Shown here one piece after another: positions 1-8,643 of a DNA stretch of 64,000 bases (positions are counted from its first letter, which is position 1; every line of letters starts with the position of its first letter). The DNA is from a virus. The translations under genes and the position numbers were made by a program. Location of the stretch: positions 127,096 to 191,095 of IMG/VR virus record IMGVR_UViG_3300027804_000039; one strand, given 5' to 3'. The notes beneath the pieces are model-generated. The model did no database searches. It was not told the DNA's origin and saw nothing but the letters and a program-made list of their open reading frames with translations.

Positions 1-593
1 CTGGCCAATTGGGTAATGTCGTCCCATTTTTCGCCCTGTCCACCTTCTGGACGATACCAAAGTGTAATGGTTGCGCCTCGGTATTCCCAACTATTGGCCA
101 GTCGCATGTCACGTCCTAGTCCTTGTTGTATGCGATCAATTTCCGTGGTTGAACCGCCTCTAGACAAGCCTGGATCTGCTTGAACAGGCACTACATCAAT
201 CTTTTTATAAGTGCCGCGCTTCATACCATGCTGATCTGTGTTATAGCGATCAAACCACCCAGGCTGTAGCATAGGGCTGTCTTTGGTCAATTGATAGCCT
301 GTTTCCTTTCTGAACACCATGCCCTTATACACATACAGGTCGTTGGGATTGCCTGGATGTGGAGTTGCTCCAGGAGGCATTTCACCGGGCGGCATTCTAT
401 TGCTTTTGGTCATAGAATAGTCGCCAGGACCGGGGGTATACTGGTCAATGCCCGGAATACGTCCTGTTGGAGTGTCTTGACTCATAAGTGCTTCGGATAA
501 ACTGACTGCACGAACACAATCATAACCGGGCTGTACTAGCCCTGCTTCTAAATAAGTTAATTGATCAATAAGTTGTCTTAGGTTCTGTTCCAT
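1..593 (-). CDS. Hypothetical late/virion protein, runs off the left edge (MEQNLRQLIDQLTYLEAG...)
   Basis: Read manually: ATG at 593, frame open to base 1; TAAATA late-type box and AGGA upstream; not in the ORF track because it is truncated. Confidence 0.7.
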   Translation of the reverse strand, partial: MEQNLRQLIDQLTYLEAGLVQPGYDCVRAVSLSEALMSQDTPTGRIPGIDQYTPGPGDYSMTKSNRMPPGEMPPGATPHPGNPNDLYVYKGMVFRKETGYQLTKDSPMLQPGWFDRYNTDQHGMKRGTYKKIDVVPVQADPGLSRGGSTTEIDRIQQGLGRDMRLANSWEYRGATITLWYRPEGGQGEKWDDITQLA

Positions 594-796
594 GGTGCAT
601 CCTAGCAATTAGGTATTTATCGCGAAGCGCTGGCGCGGTAGATATCCTAGCCGCAAAGCGGTGCGCGAAAATTTTTGATGCGCCTCAGTAGTCCAGTCCC
701 AGTTCATTTCATTCACCGGTTGGCCATTCGTTTAGTCCAGAGACAGCGGCCCCGGACTAAACTCTGGGTGATAAATATACAAAAGAGGATACCGCC

Positions 797-1021
797 GTGA
801 AACAAATACCCGAATACATTGTAAAAGCGCACAGCAGAAAGTTAAACATGACCCAGCGTGAACTTAATCTTATGAGTGCTCACCCTCGATCAGCAGCTGA
901 CGCACAACGTTGGGCAGACAGTTTTGCCGCTAGACTGAACGAACAACAGTTCCTACGCACAACAGATTGGCAAGGACAAATTGAGCAAGTTGACCCAAAC
1001 AATCACGCTCGTACAAGATAA
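797..1021 (+). CDS. Hypothetical protein
   Basis: 74-aa ORF; GATAAATA box and AGAGG RBS upstream of GTG. Confidence 0.65.
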   Translation: MKQIPEYIVKAHSRKLNMTQRELNLMSAHPRSAADAQRWADSFAARLNEQQFLRTTDWQGQIEQVDPNNHARTR

Positions 1022-1024
1022 GCC

Positions 1025-1222
1025 ATGACACACGACGACTGGACACGATGGGTTAGAAATCAACTAGTCCAAGTGGCTAGCGACAAATATCCCAACAACA
1101 TACAGCAACAAATGATATATCAAATTGGCTTTTTAGAAAGTCAATTGGCTGGTGCAATCCGTACTGACAGTAGAGTATATGATAATTTCAAAAGAAGTGT
1201 TCAAAGAGCTAGTAGACGATAA
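1025..1222 (+). CDS. Hypothetical protein
   Basis: 65-aa ORF directly after 797..1021. Confidence 0.65.
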   Translation: MTHDDWTRWVRNQLVQVASDKYPNNIQQQMIYQIGFLESQLAGAIRTDSRVYDNFKRSVQRASRR

Positions 1223-1281
1223 CTTATACTATGTAATAGCTTTGACTATTATATGTGTAACCAGCTTTAATTTGGGCTTGC

Positions 1282-1470
1282 TTATTGGTTTTCTAATAGT
1301 GCTATAGCTCGCTTGAACTCAGCAATAGTGGGTTCAGTCATACGCATTACAGTATGTTCAGTATGAGTGTCATATACACATATATGTACACTATCACCAT
1401 CAAAGTTCTTGACTAGTAACAGTTGCTTTGAGCCCTGTTCTAGTATCTTATATACAGTATAAGAAGTCAT
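1282..1470 (-). CDS. Hypothetical protein
   Basis: ORF track 1282..1482; second Met (MTSY) has GGAAAAAATT upstream. Confidence 0.5.
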   Translation of the reverse strand: MTSYTVYKILEQGSKQLLLVKNFDGDSVHICVYDTHTEHTVMRMTEPTIAEFKRAIALLENQ

Positions 1471-1596
1471 AATTTTTTCCATTGAGTCAACACAACTGCC
1501 ATTGCTACTTATACAGAGCGACTAGAGTGCAAACACAATAGCTATACTATACAGTCAGGTTATGGGCGGAACCTAAAGTTTTGAGCATATATGCAT

Positions 1597-1895
1597 GAGA
1601 CCCCGCTGCTGTGTATATACACTAATCTATATAGTCCAAATGACTGTAGCGTTCTAGTTGGGGATCTATCAAGTACAGTAAGTAAGCACGGTCCTCAGCT
1701 ACAAAGTAGTCCACACAGTCATTGCGTATACTGAACCAACCATGCAAACGCTGTGTAAGGAAACCCAAACTATCCTGTATAGTCCAGGATGAACGACTGC
1801 GTAGACATATGATAAGCATACGTGTATATAGTTGACTAGAGACCCCGCTGCTGTAGACTAGGGTAGAAGCTGTATATAGGGAAGGCCCCGCTGCT
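1597..1895. repeat. Three direct repeats of CCCCGCTGCT (two extend to GAGACCCCGCTGCTGT)
   Basis: Copies at 1597-1612, 1839-1854 and 1886-1895. Confidence 0.8.
1622..1819 (-). CDS. Hypothetical protein (MLIICLRS...)
   Basis: C-terminal part of track ORF 1622..1954; the upstream part runs through repeats, so the internal Met is preferred. Confidence 0.5.
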   Translation of the reverse strand: MLIICLRSRSSWTIQDSLGFLTQRLHGWFSIRNDCVDYFVAEDRAYLLYLIDPQLERYSHLDYID

Positions 1896-2036
1896 ATGCG
1901 TATGCGTAGGGGATGATTGGGGGAATGGGGGGTAACCATTTTAACTATGCCCATTTTGACCTCGAGTCAAGAAATTTTTTCTACCATATCTGCGGCACCA
2001 TAGCCTAGATTGTGGCTTGAAATCGTGAATCTGTCA

Positions 2037-2073
2037 CACTTTTCAACACTTTTCAACACTTTTTTGCACTTTT
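2037..2073. repeat. Four CACTTTT units at exact 10-bp period (iteron-like or phased tract)
   Basis: Starts at 2037, 2047, 2057, 2067; related copies at 2130 and 2141. Confidence 0.8.
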
Positions 2074-2214
2074 CTAATTCTTGGCCTTGCGTATAGACAT
2101 CATAGCGCATGGTGCCATGATCTAGATCACACTTTACTTGCACTTTTTCACACAGTATATACACGGTGTCAATTCTGCTAACCACACATAGAATATCAAA
2201 CCGTTAAATACATG

Positions 2215-2430
2215 ATGAAGCAGTATAATATAGTTCCTCTAGCACATATACACGTTAAGGACACAGACTATAATGTCTATATCAGTATGTGCATTGACAC
2301 ACGACAAATGCATATATTCAAATATAATGATACATGTTGTGATTATGAAGTCTTTGGCACTGAGGGAGAAGCTTGTAGATTTATAGAGCAACCCATGCCT
2401 GGAACTCATTCAAAAAATCGACGCAGATAA
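2215..2430 (+). CDS. Hypothetical protein, probably leaderless late gene
   Basis: TAAATA at 2205-2210, ATG at 2212 or 2215. Confidence 0.65.
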   Translation: MKQYNIVPLAHIHVKDTDYNVYISMCIDTRQMHIFKYNDTCCDYEVFGTEGEACRFIEQPMPGTHSKNRRR

Positions 2431-2443
2431 AGGCCTGGGGCCT

Positions 2444-2484
2444 GTTTGGGCTTTCAGCAAAACCTTCAAGCCCAAACCATTTTT
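2444..2484 (+). terminator. Intrinsic terminator
   Basis: GTTTGGGCTT/AAGCCCAAAC 10-bp stem followed by CATTTTT. Confidence 0.6.
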
Positions 2485-2610
2485 CGTTTTCTTAATAACC
2501 CGTTTGTCAACCTGGTCGTTGTTTTAAAGCAACGGTTAGTTGGCGCTTACCAACTTAAAAGGTGCTGCGCACCCTCCACGTCCATCCCCTGTATAGCAGT
2601 TCGAACCTAT
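2444..2610 (-). ncRNA. Putative small RNA A (antisense to the early direction)
   Basis: Minus-strand TTGACA(2640-2645)-17-TATAAT(2617-2622); no ORF follows; shares motifs with the copy at 4667-4752; 3' end uncertain. Confidence 0.4.
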
Positions 2611-2712
2611 GCCCAAATTATATGCGATTTTGGGCAAAGTGTCAAATTGGGCTAAAGACCCTACTGTCATCATGGACTTGACAGTTTGGGTTCAAAATGC
2701 TATAATTTGGAC

Positions 2713-3033
2713 ATGACGAAAAGAACTGCTCGTAAAGACTCAAACTATGTTATCTACGCTGCTATACATGAAGGCAATGTATACGTGGGCTTGACCCGTA
2801 AAGGCTCTACTACAGTGGCAAAGGCTGTAAAGGAGCGGTGGCGTAAGCATATTTCGCGGGCACGGCACGAAGACAGACAGTGGGTGATTTATCAGTACAT
2901 CAAGGGCGGAGCATGGACTGACTGGGAACATGAGGTTTTGGCTGTGATACGCGGGCGAGCTGAGGCTTATGCATGGGAGCGCGAGTACGTCAAGCAGCAT
3001 CAGCCCACACTCAACGATCAGTACATTGGTTGA
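2713..3033 (+). CDS. Stand-alone GIY-YIG nuclease
   Basis: YVIY...VYVG motif, conserved R (ERWRKH), E (AWEREY) and terminal LN; ATG 6 nt after TATAAT. Confidence 0.8.
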   Translation: MTKRTARKDSNYVIYAAIHEGNVYVGLTRKGSTTVAKAVKERWRKHISRARHEDRQWVIYQYIKGGAWTDWEHEVLAVIRGRAEAYAWEREYVKQHQPTLNDQYIG

Positions 3034-3089
3034 CAGGGTTGTTCAATCCTGTTATAATATAGGCTACAGTAAACGAAAAGGAGCGAACT

Positions 3090-3791
3090 TTGAAATTACT
3101 TTCCACAGCAAATCCCAAAATCCAAAAGGGTACGAAGCTTGGTTACTTGAGCTTTATCCTGCACCTCGCACCTGCTACACTCAGTGGCAAAGAGACTTGC
3201 CCTAAGCGCACCGCTGGTTGTACTAGTGCATGTCTTAACACCGCAGGGCGTGGTGGCATGTTCCGCAAGGGCGAAAACACCAACGTGATCCAGCAGGCTC
3301 GCATTCGCAAGACTAAAATGTTCTTTGAGCAGCGCGATGCATTTATGGCCCAGCTGGAGAAAGACATTAAATTGGGCATTAAGCAGGCTGCGAAGCTGGG
3401 CCTTACTCCTGTATTCCGTTTGAATGGTACTAGCGACTTGACTTGGGAGAAGTATGGCATTATTGAAAAGTTCCCCCAAGTACAGTTCTATGACTATACT
3501 AAGGTCTTGGGCCGTAAGGTTGCACACCTGCAGAACTACCACTTGACCTTTAGCGCAGCTGATGGCAACGACGCTGATGTGGCAAAGGCTGTGGCGCAGG
3601 GCATGAATGTGGCTGCGGTGTTTGACAAGCTGCCCAGCGAGTACATGGGCAAGACTGTAATTAATGCAGACGAGCACGATTTGCGCTTTTTGGACCCTAA
3701 GGGCGTGATTGCTGGCTTGAAGGCTAAGGGCAAGGCCAAAAAGGACACTAGCGGATTCGTGCGCCGTGTGATTGACATCCAGGCAGTTTGA
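3090..3791 (+). CDS. Phage gp88-like Cys-rich protein (radical-SAM-like TIM barrel)
   Basis: TCPKRTAGCTSACLN Cys cluster; FRLNGTSD, FYDYTK, YHLTFS and DLRFLD motifs. Confidence 0.7.
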   Translation: MKLLSTANPKIQKGTKLGYLSFILHLAPATLSGKETCPKRTAGCTSACLNTAGRGGMFRKGENTNVIQQARIRKTKMFFEQRDAFMAQLEKDIKLGIKQAAKLGLTPVFRLNGTSDLTWEKYGIIEKFPQVQFYDYTKVLGRKVAHLQNYHLTFSAADGNDADVAKAVAQGMNVAAVFDKLPSEYMGKTVINADEHDLRFLDPKGVIAGLKAKGKAKKDTSGFVRRVIDIQAV

Positions 3792-3831
3792 GCTTATAAT
3801 ATACACTTCAACAATGCAAATAGGAGCGACT

Positions 3832-4110
3832 ATGAACATTCAGGAAATCAACCGTGCTATCATTTCGGGTACATTCACTGCCCAAGAACTTGAAAGCATT
3901 CAGGACGCTGTCAAGTTCGCAAGAGCCAAGACTGCCCGTGTTAACTCTGTGACCTTCCACGCAGGTGATACTGTAAAAATTACCCATGCCAAGCTGGGCG
4001 GTACTGTAGTAGGCACCATCCGTAAGATTAAGATTAAAAAGGCTGACGTGTTCATTCCCGGCAAGAACGTCACTTACAATGTTCCCCTTTCTATGTTGGA
4101 GGCTGTATGA
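3832..4110 (+). CDS. Hypothetical early protein with KOW/SH3-like C-terminus
   Basis: Own promoter and AGGAGCG; FHAGDTVKI...GTIRKI pattern. Confidence 0.75.
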   Translation: MNIQEINRAIISGTFTAQELESIQDAVKFARAKTARVNSVTFHAGDTVKITHAKLGGTVVGTIRKIKIKKADVFIPGKNVTYNVPLSMLEAV

Positions 4111-4334
4111 AATCAATCAAAGAAATCTTCCCTGGCATTATGATCCTGGACAAAGAGCCAGTTGAAGTACAAAACCCATTCTCGGGCGAGTGCGCGGTCT
4201 TGGACCCTGAAGAGGTTGCTGTCTACGACTACATCAAAGGCTGTGAGCTCATGGGCGACTACACGGGTGTTCGCAAGGGCTTGGATTGGTTTAGCCGTAA
4301 GAACCCTGAAGCCTACATGACCCTGCTTGATTGA
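4107..4334 (+). CDS. Hypothetical early protein
   Basis: 75-aa ORF, ATGA overlap with the previous stop. Confidence 0.75.
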   Translation: MKSIKEIFPGIMILDKEPVEVQNPFSGECAVLDPEEVAVYDYIKGCELMGDYTGVRKGLDWFSRKNPEAYMTLLD

Positions 4335-4384
4335 CAGACTAGCCCAAACCTGTTATACTGTAGTCATAGTGAAAGGAGCGACAT

Positions 4385-4663
4385 ATGATGTTCACGCTAG
4401 AAGTATATAAAAAGGATGCTCGTACTAAAAAGGGCGAGCGATTGGTACATAAGGCAGACCATGACATTAGCAATAGTGGCCCTGCTCTGAATATGTTCGA
4501 GCATACTGTCAAGCATACATGGCGAGCTGGGCAGGGTTATCGTTATGAAATCCATGTGACTTATGTAACGAAAAAGAACATGATGACGGGTAATGAGTTT
4601 GTCGAGCGTTACGATACGCCTTACTACTGCTCGCCCAGTTCTGAAACCTACTGGAGCATGTAA
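4385..4663 (+). CDS. Hypothetical early protein
   Basis: Own promoter and AGGAGCG. Confidence 0.8.
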   Translation: MMFTLEVYKKDARTKKGERLVHKADHDISNSGPALNMFEHTVKHTWRAGQGYRYEIHVTYVTKKNMMTGNEFVERYDTPYYCSPSSETYWSM

Positions 4664-4666
4664 AAC

Positions 4667-4692
4667 AAAACCCGGCTGTCAACCGGGTTTTT
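4667..4692. terminator. Bidirectional intrinsic terminator
   Basis: AAAACCCGG-CTGTCAA-CCGGGTTTT. Confidence 0.8.
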
Positions 4693-4752
4693 CATTTGAT
4701 CAGGGTTTAGATTCGACGCCCAGCCTCCACGTCCACCCCCCTTTGTTCGACA
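4667..4752 (-). ncRNA. Putative small RNA B, about 85 nt
   Basis: Minus-strand TTGACT(4781-4786)-17-TATACT(4758-4763), ending at the terminator 4667-4692; shares GGGGNTGGACGTGGAGG with copy A. Confidence 0.5.
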
Positions 4753-4892
4753 TTGTTAGTATAACAAAACCCGCCCAATCAGTCAACCAAAAGAACAATA
4801 CCCGAGTAAACCCTAAGGTCTTTAGCACCAAAAGGTTGACGTTTTGGGCGGACGGCGCTATAATTGCAGCATAAGTTAACAAGGAGCGCAAT

Positions 4893-5135
4893 ATGCAAAC
4901 AAACTGCCTAGCCCGTGCAACGCTTGTAAAAAGCCGCAAGCTGCAAAACACACAATTCTACAAACTCAAAGTCGCGTTTAATGTAACGCAAGTTAACCCT
5001 GCTACAGGCAAGTTTATTTTCCCTGTACAAAAACAATGCGCTTATGTAAGCGGGGACATACAAATTGACGAGCTAGGGCGTGTGCTTGTAAACGTGCAGC
5101 AAGTTATACGCAGCAAAAACATAGAACTTGTGTAA
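4893..5135 (+). CDS. Hypothetical early protein
   Basis: Own promoter and AGGAGCG. Confidence 0.75.
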   Translation: MQTNCLARATLVKSRKLQNTQFYKLKVAFNVTQVNPATGKFIFPVQKQCAYVSGDIQIDELGRVLVNVQQVIRSKNIELV

Positions 5136-5213
5136 GCTGTAGGGTCTTTATAGCGCACACTTGACATTTTGGGCAGGGTGCGCTATAATACAAACACTTA
5201 GAAGGAGCGTAAG

Positions 5214-5378
5214 ATGACTGTTAAAGAGCAACTGTTTGCTAAAATTGCAGAGCTGGAAAACCTGCTGTTGGAAGCTGAGTGCGACGGTGTACAGCTGGCA
5301 GAAGGTGACGATGTGCTGGGCGAGCTGACTAGCACACTAAACAGGCTTGCTGACGAGATTGACTACTACGTGGATTAA
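5214..5378 (+). CDS. Small acidic early protein, 54 aa (MTVKEQLFAK...)
   Basis: Read manually; promoter at 5161 and AGGAGCG at 5203. Confidence 0.75.
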   Translation: MTVKEQLFAKIAELENLLLEAECDGVQLAEGDDVLGELTSTLNRLADEIDYYVD

Positions 5379-5408
5379 TGCTATAATTGTTTTTTGAAGG
5401 AGCGATAG

Positions 5409-5771
5409 ATGAGTAAAGTACTTTTTAGCACTAGTGGCGACGGCTACTGGAGCAACGTGCAAAAAACTGTAGAGATTACAGACATGAAGCTGGGCTATGT
5501 TAGCGACGAGGGCGACTTTGGCGAGTTGCGAGTGTACTTTAACACTGACACTTGGGACGTTAATACAGACGGCTTAATTTACACAGACGGCCTGTTTAAA
5601 CAGGAGCTGATGGCGTTTATTAAAGAGCATGGGCTTGTGGTAGACTTGTGCTACAGCGAGCAAGGTATGCAAGGCGATGACTATGTGTCGCTGGACGTGG
5701 GCAAAGACTTTTTGGACAGCTGGGCTGCTAAGTTTGGCGTAGACAGCATTAAGGAGGCTATGTATGCTTAA
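5409..5771 (+). CDS. Hypothetical early protein
   Basis: Promoter at 5359 and AGGAGCG. Confidence 0.8.
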   Translation: MSKVLFSTSGDGYWSNVQKTVEITDMKLGYVSDEGDFGELRVYFNTDTWDVNTDGLIYTDGLFKQELMAFIKEHGLVVDLCYSEQGMQGDDYVSLDVGKDFLDSWAAKFGVDSIKEAMYA

Positions 5772-5958
5772 CGACAAACAAAACAAACTGTTACTTGAAG
5801 CTGTAGACTTACTGCACCGCGCGGATGCATTAATGCAGCAAGGGTGGGGCAAGGAAGAAGGCGAAGAGTTGTACTGTATACACAATGCCATTGAGTGCGC
5901 AGCTGACGACATATTGGATTACATACAGGCAAACAACCCAGAGGACATGGATGCTTAA
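5764..5958 (+). CDS. Hypothetical acidic protein
   Basis: Overlapping start/stop with both neighbours; GGAGG upstream. Confidence 0.7.
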   Translation: MLNDKQNKLLLEAVDLLHRADALMQQGWGKEEGEELYCIHNAIECAADDILDYIQANNPEDMDA

Positions 5959-6175
5959 CAATACACTACAGTGGGCAGGCACTGTATGTCTGCTCACTAT
6001 GTATGTCCTAATGAGCTTTTACCCACACCTCCACCCTTGGAACATTGCGGCTGGAGTACTTGGAGGCATTTGCTACTTGGCTTGGACTGTGCGGGTGCGG
6101 AATACTCCACAATTAATTGTCAATGCAGTTGCAATAACCATTGGGCTTGCAGGGTTATTCAAGGCATGGGGTTGA
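5951..6175 (+). CDS. Small membrane protein (about three hydrophobic segments)
   Basis: MLNNTLQWAGTVCLL...; hydrophobic stretches. Confidence 0.7.
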   Translation: MLNNTLQWAGTVCLLTMYVLMSFYPHLHPWNIAAGVLGGICYLAWTVRVRNTPQLIVNAVAITIGLAGLFKAWG

Positions 6176-6226
6176 CAGTTTGGGCAAGCTCTGCTATACT
6201 ATAGGCTAAGTTAACAAGGAGCGAAC

Positions 6227-6499
6227 ATGTTAAACATTTCTAAAATTGTCAAAACCTACTCAGGCAAAATGGGTGGTTGTATGTGCGGGTGCCGGGGCAA
6301 GTATTCCTACACCGCAGACGGAGCTGCTAACCACGGCCCGGGCTACAATGTAGAGGACAGCGTCAACGAACGCTCTGTACGCATTATCGCTAAGAAGGTG
6401 CTAGCCAATCCCAACTGCAAGTGGGAGGACAACATTGCCTACGTCGAGGACAAGGTTAAAGGCCGCATCCAAGTAATCTTTTTTAAGGAAGCCCTGTGA
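6227..6499 (+). CDS. Hypothetical early protein with GCMCGC motif
   Basis: Own promoter and AGGAGCG. Confidence 0.8.
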   Translation: MLNISKIVKTYSGKMGGCMCGCRGKYSYTADGAANHGPGYNVEDSVNERSVRIIAKKVLANPNCKWEDNIAYVEDKVKGRIQVIFFKEAL

Positions 6500-6744
6500 T
6501 TACTGCTGAAGCACTTCAAACCCTCATCAACTACCGTGCCCCTGAACTGACACGCTTGGTCAAGGAGGGCGGGTACAAAGGCCCTGCGTTCAGCTCATGC
6601 CGCTTCCTGGGCATTACTAACGGCGGGCAACTGTGCTACCTTGCTGTCTTCTTAGTGGAGGGTGGCACTGACAGCGCAAAGGTGTTTGTTACCCACAGAG
6701 CTGGTAGGGTTTCTGCAGAGGTTGACAGGAACTCAGTTTGGTAA
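6496..6744 (+). CDS. Hypothetical early protein
   Basis: GTGA overlap with the previous gene. Confidence 0.7.
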   Translation: MITAEALQTLINYRAPELTRLVKEGGYKGPAFSSCRFLGITNGGQLCYLAVFLVEGGTDSAKVFVTHRAGRVSAEVDRNSVW

Positions 6745-6776
6745 TATAATATACACATACTAACAAGGAGCGAACC

Positions 6777-7013
6777 ATGCGAGTAGAAGACCTTATTGCA
6801 GAACTGCAACTCATGCCACAGGACGCAGAAGTCCACTTCCAATACAATTACGGAGACCACTGGCGCACCCAGGTTGCTCCTACTGTCGACAGCGTAGAGA
6901 TGGGTCTTGTCAAGTACAGTGACTACCACCGTATGCCCAAAGTCGTAGAACCCGACTGGGACGAAGAGGACGCTGACCAAGTTGACGGCAAACAAGTTGT
7001 CTTAATTGGTTGA
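6777..7013 (+). CDS. Hypothetical early protein
   Basis: Own promoter and AGGAGCG. Confidence 0.8.
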   Translation: MRVEDLIAELQLMPQDAEVHFQYNYGDHWRTQVAPTVDSVEMGLVKYSDYHRMPKVVEPDWDEEDADQVDGKQVVLIG

Positions 7014-7073
7014 CAACTAACCCAAATCCAGTTATAATACACACATCAACAGCAACTTAGGAGCGAAACTAAA

Positions 7074-7541
7074 ATGGCTACACGTTCAACTATTGCCCTG
7101 GAATACGCAGACGGTACAGTGGACAAGATTTACTGTCACTGGGACGGCTACTTGGATAACAACGGCAAACTCCTGTTTGACAACTATAAGGACCCGTTCA
7201 AAGTGCAACGCCTTATGGACTTGGGTGACGTAAGCTCACTGGGCCCTAACATTGGCGACAAGCACGACTTCGACTGCCCTTTCCCTTACGGTACTCCTGA
7301 GTATGTTAAGTGGACTGACGACAAGCGCGAAGTGACTACGTTCTACGGACGCGACCGTGGCGAAACTGGTACGGGTGCCCAGCGTTATAAGGACTATGCG
7401 GACTATCGTGCCAACGCACAGTTTGAGGAATACAACTACATCCTCCGCAAAGACGGCAACTGGTATGTGGAGTTTTACGGTGACTTTGACGGCTTGCTGT
7501 CTGAGGCATTTGAATTTCAGCGAGCACAGGAGGAAGCATGA
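7074..7541 (+). CDS. Hypothetical early protein (MATRSTI...IYCHWDGY)
   Basis: Own promoter and AGGAGCG; IYCHWDGY motif typical of phage early proteins. Confidence 0.8.
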   Translation: MATRSTIALEYADGTVDKIYCHWDGYLDNNGKLLFDNYKDPFKVQRLMDLGDVSSLGPNIGDKHDFDCPFPYGTPEYVKWTDDKREVTTFYGRDRGETGTGAQRYKDYADYRANAQFEEYNYILRKDGNWYVEFYGDFDGLLSEAFEFQRAQEEA

Positions 7542-7726
7542 CAGGCTTTCAAAGCAAAAGGGCTTCGGCCCTTGACAAGCTCAACACAGAATGGATTGAC
7601 TTGCGTGAACGAGTGCTAGAACAAATCGTCAAAGATGTTAACGACGGCGACTTGACTGCCATCGAAGAACTGTTGGTCTACTGCGACGAAGAAGCTATGA
7701 AACAATTTCTACCGGAGGAAGCATGA
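7538..7726 (+). CDS. Hypothetical protein
   Basis: ATGA overlap; GGAGG upstream. Confidence 0.7.
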   Translation: MTGFQSKRASALDKLNTEWIDLRERVLEQIVKDVNDGDLTAIEELLVYCDEEAMKQFLPEEA

Positions 7727-7902
7727 GTAAACTAGCAGAGCTGGCCTACGACATTGAGCAACTGTACATTGAAGGCCTGCACCCTACGAAGATTGCTCGC
7801 GAACTGAACTGTCCTTTGAGTATAGTATACGATTGGCTTGAAGCGCAGAGCCTAGACGAAGGTACAGAAGAAGCCAGCCCGTTCAACACTATTAACAGCT
7901 AG
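7723..7902 (+). CDS. Small helix-turn-helix protein, 59 aa
   Basis: Read manually: EGLHPTKIARELNCPLSIVYDWL has HTH spacing; ATGA overlap; GGAGG upstream. Confidence 0.65.
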   Translation: MSKLAELAYDIEQLYIEGLHPTKIARELNCPLSIVYDWLEAQSLDEGTEEASPFNTINS

Positions 7903-7914
7903 TTCGCTCCTAGC
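7898..7914 (+). other. Hairpin displaying the complement of the early RBS motif
   Basis: GCTAG-TTCGCTC-CTAGC; 7903-7911 TTCGCTCCT is the reverse complement of AGGAGCGAA. Confidence 0.65.
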
Positions 7915-7922
7915 AACCCTGA

Positions 7923-7953
7923 GGGGGCCCAGGGCATTGGCCCCCATTCTTTT
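7923..7953 (+). terminator. Intrinsic terminator
   Basis: GGGGGCC-9 nt-GGCCCCC followed by ATTCTTTT. Confidence 0.7.
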
Positions 7954-8007
7954 GGTTGACAACAACTTCTTTTGGTGCTATAATATACACATACTAAGGA
8001 GAGCGAC

Positions 8008-8241
8008 ATGGCAACTATCCAGATTGACGGACTAAACAAGACCCAGCGAGCCCTAGCAGACATCATGTGGGGCATGGACAGCAAGGATCAGGTAACTGCA
8101 TTCATCAGCAGCCTACGTGGACAGCAACAGCGTGATGCCCAAACCGTCCTGGAATTGATGCTGTTGGCCATTTGGGACGAGTGCGAAGATACCCTGGAAG
8201 CCAGCCAGGTTATTGGTCAGTTCCGGTTGACTGGTATCTAA
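8008..8241 (+). CDS. Hypothetical early protein
   Basis: Promoter at 7956; AAGGAGAGCG RBS. Confidence 0.8.
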   Translation: MATIQIDGLNKTQRALADIMWGMDSKDQVTAFISSLRGQQQRDAQTVLELMLLAIWDECEDTLEASQVIGQFRLTGI

Positions 8242-8285
8242 TTTGGTGCTATACTATAGGCTAAGTTAAACAAAAGGAGCGACAG

Positions 8286-8549
8286 ATGAACATTGCAACT
8301 ATTGAGCAGTATGTGGATGGTAAAAACAAGTGGGGCGCCCTGTTTGGCAACAAACCTCTGAGCCTGCTGGATGCAGCAGACCGCCAGAAGATTGCAGACA
8401 GCATTGACGCAGACCTCAGCCCTGAGAACTTGACCTGCGATGGCGAACTGCCTCGCTCACAAGTTCAGCAACGCTACCAGTTCCTGACTCGTTGTGCCCA
8501 GGAGTTGAAGAGCATTGATCCTAATGTAACCTTTTACGAATATGGCTGA
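8286..8549 (+). CDS. Hypothetical early protein
   Basis: Own promoter and AGGAGCG; DLSPENLTCDGE motif. Confidence 0.8.
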   Translation: MNIATIEQYVDGKNKWGALFGNKPLSLLDAADRQKIADSIDADLSPENLTCDGELPRSQVQQRYQFLTRCAQELKSIDPNVTFYEYG

Positions 8550-8634
8550 ACTTATCACTTACATCCTGCTCCGCATCATCCAGGTAGGTATCTTGGTGTT
8601 TGCGGTAGCAGTATTCATCAACGGTTTTTTCTAA
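8542..8634 (+). CDS. 30-aa single-pass membrane peptide
   Basis: Read manually: MAELITYILLRIIQVGILVFAVAVFINGFF; fills the gap exactly. Confidence 0.5.
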   Translation: MAELITYILLRIIQVGILVFAVAVFINGFF

Positions 8635-8643
8635 GGAGCGAAT

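Noticed and set aside
1967-2185. 72-aa minus-strand ORF
   Set aside because: It runs through the phased CACTTTT array, has a GTG/TTG-type start with no RBS, and looks like a repeat by-product
4700-4753. 17-aa peptide MSNKGGWTWRLGVESKP from the minus-strand promoter
   Set aside because: The ATG is only 4 nt after the -10 (probably upstream of the start site), and copy A has no equivalent frame; treated as non-coding, though not fully excluded
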